From: Candidatus Woesearchaeota archaeon
GTDB taxonomy: Archaea; Nanobdellota; Nanobdellia; Woesearchaeales; JAZDKJ01
DNA: 64,000 bases
Reading direction: 5' to 3'
NCBI GenBank assembly: GCA_043803105.1
Contig: JAZDKJ010000006.1
Location: forward strand, 96,001 to 160,000
The translations under genes and the position numbers were made by a program. Each line of letters starts with the position of its first letter. Positions within the stretch are counted from its first letter, which is position 1. Shown in pieces: positions 48,601 to 57,600 of the stretch. The notes beneath the pieces are model-generated. The model saw only the letters and a program-made list of their open reading frames with translations, was not told the DNA's origin and ran no database searches.

Positions 48601-51600
48601 GCCTACTGTCAGGCTTAATTTACCGTCAACCTCTTCATGGTCTGCCTCACCTAGTGTAAGCCTCAAGTACACCCCCACTGACCAGAACCTTGCTTACTGT
48701 GTTCTTTATGATAACTCTTCTGGATTTGCTGCTGTGCAGACCCATGGTTCCATTACCAGTGGCTCAGAGGACACTTTTACTGATTCATTGGCTGACGGCT
48801 CTTACAAGTGGAATGTGCGCTGCAATGATTCTGCAGGAAATTTTGCTTTTAACAATACCAACCGAACTTTTTCTGTTGACACAACCTATCCAAAGCTGGT
48901 CTATGCTGGCGGCACCTTAGCCAATAACTCTTTTGCAGGGCAGGATTATGTTTATGTTAACGTCTCTGTTAATGAGAAGAATACTGCAAATCTTACTTTT
49001 TACCTGTATAATGTCTCACGAAAGCTCGTTAACTCCACTTTCAGGTCTGCCGGCTCAAGAAGCGTGAACTTCACAAAGCTTAATCCTAATTCTGTTTACT
49101 ATTTCAATGTCTCTGTGCTCGACAAGGCTGGCAATCGCAACCGCACTATCTTGAGGAAGATAACCCTGGATAACACCAGGCCAAAAATTGTGTATGGCCT
49201 CGGCACTTCTCAGAATGGGGTGTTTGTCAATCGCAACTGGATTTACGTCAATGTTTCTGTGACAGAGACTAATTTCAATAATATCACATTCTACCTGTAT
49301 AATATCTCTGGCCTTGTTAACAGGACAAATTACACCTCCTCCAGTTTCTTCATAAACTTCACGAATTTGAAGAACACAAACATGGTTTATTTCTATAATG
49401 TGACTGTGAGGGACAAGTCTGGTTTCTCAAATTCAACTGTGAAGCGCAACATCACCCTGGACACTACCCTGCCTTCAGTGAAGTTGTTGCAGCCTTCGAA
49501 TGCAAATATTACCCGCGGCAACACTAACCTGCGGTTTAACTTTAGTGTTATTGACACAAACATAAAGAATTGCTCATTGTACTCTAACTTCAGCGGGGCA
49601 TATAAGCTGAACCAGACCAATACCACTGTTAGGAACGGCACAAAGACTGTCTTTAAGCCGTTAACCCTGCAGTCAGGGACCTATCTTTGGAATGTACGTT
49701 GTTATGATATGGCCGGCAATAATGCCTTTAACAAGACCAACTGGACTTTGCAGGTTGACATCTCTGCTCCCTCTGCTTTCATCCTGAGGTATCCTGTGAA
49801 CGGCAAGGTCAGCAAGGTCCTGACTCCGCTTTTGAACTGGTCTCCGACTGTGGAGGCACACTTCAAGAATTACACTGTTCGGGTTAGTGAAAACAAGAAT
49901 TTTGCCAGCATCAATTATATTTACTCTAACCGCAGGAACATTTCAAACACCTCTTATCAGGTTTCTTCTGCCTGGACAGCCAACCGGGTTTTCTTTTGGA
50001 GGGTTACCGCTTATGATACCCTTGGGTTCTACACCAATGCCACACAAGACTTCAACTATACCACAGATACAATATCTCCAAGGACAAGGCTGCAGAGGCC
50101 TTTGAACAATTCAGTCTGGACCTCAAGCAATCTTGTGCAGTTTATTTTCAATGCAACAGACTCCAATCCGATAGCAAACTGCACTCTCCTGGTTAATGGG
50201 GTCACCTCATCCGTTAGCCCAGTGTCAAACAATACTGCCACAGTTATTCAGCGCTCGCTTGCCAATGGCAATTACAAGTGGTATGTTAACTGCACTGATA
50301 TTGGCGGAAACGTAAACAAGTCTCTCACGCGGAACGTAAGTGTAAAGGTGCAGATTCCTATTATAACATTTTTTGAATCCTATGGTTCTTCCGGCGCTCC
50401 AACCATTGACTTGAACTACACCCAGGACCAGACACCCAATTCCTATGCAAAGGTATGCGTCAAGAATTCAGAAAACACTTTGGTCACCGCAACAACTGTT
50501 CAGGGTGTCAAGGTAAATGGTTTTCTTATCAAGGCAAGTCAGCCTATCAATTTCAGCGGCTCATTCTCAGGAGCCCAAAACGCGTACATAAGCTGGAGGC
50601 TCTATTACAACAACGGCACTCAGGAGCCTTTGATAGCGCAGGACGGTGACCGCCAGTTGGGAGGGACTCTTTATACAGCCACAGCTCAAAGCACTGTCTC
50701 AAGCAAGAGGAATTCGACTCCCTCGCAGGACATCCACCTTGGTCCGAATGATAAGGTTAAGATAATTAATTACCTCTACTACAGCACAGGTGCCAATGTC
50801 GAGTACACCCATTATTGGGACAACAGCCAATCCTTTGTCAAGCTATATGGTTATATTCTTGGCTGGCTAAAGACAAATCTCTCAGCACCCCTTACAGACC
50901 CTGCGCCCGCAGAGTCCGCCCAGTTCAATGCAACATGCAACATTTCGTGCTCATCAGGCTACTGCATGGGAACTGAAGTGACAATCCAGACAAGGCCAAA
51001 CCCCTCAAGTCCTTGGTCAACTATTAGCTATTCCTCAGGCAACATAAGGCTTTATTCTATTGCTGCATCAAATCCGCAGTCTGCAGGTAATTTCAACGGC
51101 TCTGCCAAGAGAAACTTTACCCTTGTTGCTTATGCAATCTCAAGGAACAATCAGCTGAGATGCCTTGCCAACTCCACTTATTCAAGTGTTGCAGGTAGTC
51201 TATTGACCACAGTCACTGTACGCGATATAACAAAACCCTCTGCCTCTCTGGTTAGCCCTGCAAATGCCTCCTTTAGCAGCAGCGGTAACCTTACTCTTGG
51301 TTATATTCCGAAGGACAATTACAATGTCTCTAACTGCAGCCTTGTCATCAACCGCAAGCTGAACCAGACAAACAAGACTATAACTGAAGACCTGACAAAC
51401 TATTTTAGGGTCAAGAATCTTGGCTCAGGCAGGTATAATTGGAGTGTTAACTGTACTGATAGTTTTGCTAACAAGAACAACAGCATCTCTTGGCTGGTTA
51501 TAGTTGACAGGACCCGGCCTTTGATAAGATTCAATAACGGAACTGCCAAGAACAACACCTTTGCAAGCAGGAATTATATTTTTGTTAATGTGAGCGCTTT

Positions 51601-54600
51601 TGATGCCAATGAGGCGAACATCACTTTCTACCTGTATAACTCAAGCAAGAATCTTGTAAACCTAACCACAAAGCAAGCCGGCTCAAGGAGCATCAATTTT
51701 ACAAAGCTCAACAGCAACATGGTTTACTATTATAATGTCTCAATCCGGGACAAGGCAAACAACTACAACAATACAAGGACCAGGAAGATCACTCTTGACA
51801 CCACTCCCCCGACTTCAAGGCTTGATGCTCCGTCCACAGGTAGTTGGACAAGGACTAATCCGCAGTTCACATACACCCCTTACGATGCCAACCTCGACGC
51901 ATGTAAGGTCTACCATAATGCAAGCGGCATCTTCAAGGCAAATGCCTCAAACACCAATGTTGTTTCCACCCAGCAGTCCAGCTTTACAGTTGCCTTGTCT
52001 GATGGTAGCCATAAGTGGACTATCTGGTGTAATGACACTGCAGGAAATTATGCCTTTAACAGCACAAACCGAACAATCCTTGTAGACAAGACTGTTCCAA
52101 AGATATTCTTTGGGAGTAATACTGAGCCTGCTGACACATATTTTAACAGGGATTGGATTTACGTTAACACAACTGTTTTGGAGCTTCACGAGTCAAACAT
52201 AACCTTCAAGCTGTTCAATGAGACAAAACTCCTCAACTTGACAACCCTTGCTGCAGGTACTCGAAGCATAAACTTCACCAAGCTTGCCAGCAACAAGGAC
52301 TATTATTACAATGTGACAGCTGTGGACCTGGCAGGTAACTCTAACTCAACCCTGACAAGGAAGCTCACCCTCGATTCCACCTTCCCAACCATCCAGCTTG
52401 CCTCGCCCGGTGACAGGGAGGCTGACCCTGATGGCCTGTTGACAATGAGCTACATTCCGGATGATCCCCTCAGCCCGCACCTTGATAATTGTGAACTGTT
52501 TGGCAACTTCTCAGGTTCATGGAAGTTGAATCAGACAGACATTAGCCCAAGGGAGCAGGTGACAAATTCATTCCTGGAGATGAGCCTTCCTTACGGCACC
52601 TACATATGGAATGTTCGCTGCAATGATTCAGCTGGCAATTCCAACTGGTCTGCAAGCAACTTTACGGTTTTCGTTGACAATATTGCGCCGGTTGTTTTGC
52701 TTCTTTCTCCCAAGAACGCAAGCTACACATCCAACAGCGTACTGACTTTTGAATACTCCTTTAGTGAGGCGCATGAGGAGGTCTGTATCCTTTGGTCAAA
52801 TTTTTCAGGCACTTGGAAGAAGAACGAGACTGACCCTACTCCAAGGCCTGATTCTGTTAACTCTATTGAAGCCCATGCTCCTGACGGTTCTTACAAGTGG
52901 AATATCTGGTGTAATGATTCAGCTGGCAACCATGCTTTCAATAACACGAACCGCACTCTTTTTGTTGACAGGGTTCCGCCCAAGATTTTCTATGCCGGTG
53001 GCACTGAGTCAAATAATTCTTTCATGTCAAGGAATTGGCTTTTCGTCAATGTAAGCATAATCGATCCCAACAAAGCAAACGTCACTTTCTACCTCTACAA
53101 CAGCACCAAGAAACTTGTGAATCTTACCGTGCTCACAGGCAGCTCTCACTCGATTAACTTCACGAAGCTTAACGGCAATATGGTGTATTTCTACAATGTC
53201 ACTGCCGCTGATCGCGCCAACAACAAGAATTCAACAGTTTTAAGGAAGCTAACACTTGATTCAACAAAACCAAGGTCCTCCTACCTATACCCCACCCCTC
53301 CAGAAAACTGGAACCAGAGTTCAACGACTGTGGTCATCAATGTGAGCCATATCGACGTCAATCCCAACACTTTCATCTTCACCTGGAACACCAGCGTCGA
53401 AGCGTCCAAGCCGTATATTGGCAATTATACCAATATCACAAAGCAGAACCTTGTTGATGGTGTATACACATACTATATGTGGTCTGACGACAAGGCAGGC
53501 AATGTTAACCAGACGCGGACAAGAACATTAAGGGTTGACACAAAACCCCCATTGGTTCAGCTGCGCCTGCCGCTAAACAACAAGTGGATAAATACAGAGA
53601 ACCTGACCTTCTGGTTCAATGTCTCTGACCAGCTTTTGTCTGTTGCGAATTGCACCCTTTTGATTAATGGTTCTGTGAACCAGACCAATCGGACGATCAG
53701 GAAGGACATTTTACAGTCATTTAAGGTCAAAGGCTTGCGGGACTCCGGCTACAGTTGGCAGGTGAATTGCTCAGATTCAATAAACAACCGCAATGGCTCA
53801 CCGGTAAGGATTACCAAGATTGATCTAACCTATCCCACCATAGAGCTAATGTCTGCTAATGTGACAAAGATAAATATCACACAGACTCTTTGCCTGAACG
53901 CAACCGTCTTTGATGCACTTTCAGGTGTTAATCAGACTTGGGCTATTGTGCGGGCTCCAAATTCCATACAGTTCAAAGTACCCTTAACCCATGGGGCAAC
54001 TAGCTGCAACAAGGTGAATAACCCTGATGTTTATTCCTCCACCTATAAGGTGACTAATGTTGGTATTTACAACTGGACCTTCACCTGGGCAAACGATACT
54101 GCCTCGAACAAAAATTCGACCTATACAGGCATTATCTGGAATTCGACAAGCATTGGTACTATCACTGTCAACGCTACAAAGCCTTCAATCAATCTTAGGC
54201 TCAATGAGTCAGAACCGGGTCGGAATTATACATTTGAATTGAACTGCAAGGCCTATTGTGACGACAAGCCTCAGAACTGCACCAATGTTACACTGTATCC
54301 TATGTACAATTATAGTGACATATCTGATATCAATAGCACTTCTCCCTTCCTGCGCAGCCATAACAACAGCTACAATCTTGGGAATCTTACTGCAGGAGGT
54401 TCACCTAAGAACTATACTTTCGTGATTCGGACCACAACAGATTCTGGTCATACAAGCTGGAGTGTTTTCTGCAGGGCCACCTCTAACATAGTTGGAACAT
54501 ATTATTCAAAGAGGCAAATGAACATCTCAGTTAATGACCATCCCCATGCCTTCTTTACTTATCCTTCAAACGCCTCGTGGCTTGCGCGCACAGAAAGGCT

Positions 54601-57600
54601 TAATGCCTCAGCCTCAATAGATGAGGGGAGCATTATTAGTTATTCTTTTGAGCTTGACAACAATGTTGCTTTTAGCAGCCCAACCACACTATGTGCTTCT
54701 CAGTCCAAGAATTGCAGTTTCAATACCATAACTCAGGGCCAATGCGCTGAACAGAGCACTGCCTGCTTCCTCAGGCTAAATGTTACTGACAACGAAGGAC
54801 TGAGAAATGATTATCGTCTGTCAATAGGCATTGACAACATAGGCCCGACATCAGTCCTTGACATTCTGCGCAACTTCACAAACATCTCGCAGTCCTCTGT
54901 TAATGTGAACGCCTCTGTAACTGATCTTGGCTCAGGTGTTGACACTGTAGTCTTCAAGTACAGGCAGAATACCACTTCTGCATGGAATACTGCCTGCGTC
55001 AAGAGAGGCCTTCCATACCAGTGCGCCTGGAATCTTGCAGGGCTTGCAGACAGCAAGGCTTACCAGCTCAGGGTTTTCTCGAATGACAGCAAGTCTAACC
55101 TCGGATTGAACAGCACCCACTCAAACATCACAATTGACAAGACCCCTCCGAAGATAATGATTCAGTCTCCTGTCAATAATTCTTGGAACAATACTGTCAT
55201 CGTCTTCTTTTTTAATGCAACTGATCGGACTTCTAGGATGAAGAATTGTAGCTTAGTCATCAACAACAAGGTCAATCTTACTCAAAATGCCACTGCTGTA
55301 AGGATGAATTTCTCCCAGCAGTTCGCTGAGGGAGCCTACAATTGGCGCATCAACTGCACAGACTATTCAGGCAATACCAACACCACAAAGGCCAGGATAT
55401 TTCACGTTGATACCACAGGTCCTGTTCTTGTGCTTGACAGGCCCAGGTCATTCTATAATACCTCTCGCGCCCTGATACCTCTCAATGCCTCTGTCTCTGA
55501 CTCAGGTATAGGCGTAAAAGTGGCAGTCTATGAGTACAGGCAGAACTCTTCCTCGTCTTGGATTCCTGCCTGCAACTCCTCTGTTGCACCGTTCAACTGC
55601 ACATGGAACAGCGCCTCTTTGCCTGACAGCAACCAGTACGCAATACGTGCAAAGGCCTTTGACCTGCTTGACAACAATGGTTCCCTAAGCATTCATTATA
55701 ACATAACTATTGACAGGACTAACCCCATAATTCGCCTTATTGGTCCATTGAACAATTCGCGCGACATTGACGGCAAGGTTATCTTCCTGTACAATGTTAC
55801 TGATGCCTTGTCCAAGATCTCCAACTGTTCTTTGATCATTGACCAGAAGCTTAATAGGACTAACAAGACAGTTACCAAGGGAGTGCAGCAGTACTTCAGG
55901 GTTACAGGAATAGTTGACGGTTTCCACAAGTGGAGCATCAATTGCACTGACAAGGTTGGCAACAAGGCCTACTCCCTTACCTATAACCTTTCAGTTTTCC
56001 CTGACACAGAGGCACCTGTTGTAAGGCTGGTTTCTCCTTCCAACAGGTCCATCTACACCAGAAATACTGTTTTGTTCGTTTACAATGTCACAGACATGTG
56101 GTCTGGAATAAAGAACTGCAGTCTCTATATCGGCAGCAGGCTAAACAAGAGCTCAAACAATGTTCCAAGAGGCCTGCTCCAGACCTTTACAACAAATCTT
56201 GGCGACGGCAACTATTCGTGGAGTGTTAAGTGTTTTGACAACAGCACAGGCTACTTTAACATGGGCTCAAGCCTGAAATACAATCTTTCAGTGATAAAGG
56301 CTACCTCCATCATTGTTTCTGTTGTTCCTGAGCACACTCTCTTTGAGAAGGGCGAAATTGCCCGCTTTAACATTTCAACTCATGACAGGTTCAACAATCT
56401 CCTGGAGACAAATATCACCACTGATATTGTAACCTCCAACACCTCGCTTCCCTGGTGGAATACCTCCTTTAAGTATCGCAGCCAGATAAACATTACTCCA
56501 AGGCAGCTCCTCGAGGCAAACTATACGATGAACCACACCCTTAACACCATGGCCTTGATAAATGCGAGCAAGATGCGCCAGGATGCCTTGGACCTTAGGG
56601 TTGTCTGGTGGGATAATGAGACCAATTCCTGGAAGCACCTTGCGCGCATACTGAGGAACATTAACAAGACCACCACAGAGGTCATGTTCAGGATACAAAG
56701 GAATATTACATCAAAAAATTATTTTTACTATGTTTATTACGGGAATTCCACTGTTTCAAGCGCCCCCTCAAGCAGGAGCGAGATATTTTTCTTCTATGAT
56801 TCCTTTACTGCAAACACTCTCGGTAACTATTCTCTCGCAAGCTCATTCGACGATTCCAATGAGGACCAGAACTCAACACTTAGGTATGATTCCTCAAAGA
56901 GGCATCTGAACTACACCTCTTCTGCAGGAAACGGCAAGTCCATTAGGATGATGTCAAAACCGATCAAGGATGCAATTATTGAGGTCAGGCAGAATTACCA
57001 GCAGAAGAACGGCTTGTATGCCAAGCTTGAGCTAGGCACTTTGGTAAGCGGTTCCAGTTATTACTATTTCTGGGCCTCGACCAACAACTATCCAAGCGAG
57101 CTTGGCCGCTACAACGACGGTTCAAAAACATTTTCTACGACCAGCGACACCCAGTACACTGATTTCAACGTGAATCATCTGCTTACCTTCATTGTTTATT
57201 CCAATGACACCACTGTCTTCCTCAAGTCGTTTGTGGACGGCAGCGCACTAATAAGCTATAATGACAGTTCTGCACAGCGCCTCTTGGGCCCTGGCGGCTT
57301 TGGGCCTGGTGCTTTCCAGTTCAATGGCTCCTGGGACAACATAAGTGTTCGCAGGTTTGTGAAGAACCTGCCCTTGACTGGAAATCTAAAGGAGGAGCGC
57401 TTTGTCTTCAGGTCTTCAAATTCTTCTGGTAAGGACGCTTTGTGGACAATGTCCTGGAATACCGCTAGCGCCTCCCTTGGCAATTACTCTGCAGTCTCTT
57501 TGGCTGCAAACTCCAATTACTTAAACGGTGTTGGCTATGCTAGTTTCAGGCTTGGCCCTGATTTGAGCCCTCCGGTCATTACACCTTTGCTGCCAGTTCA

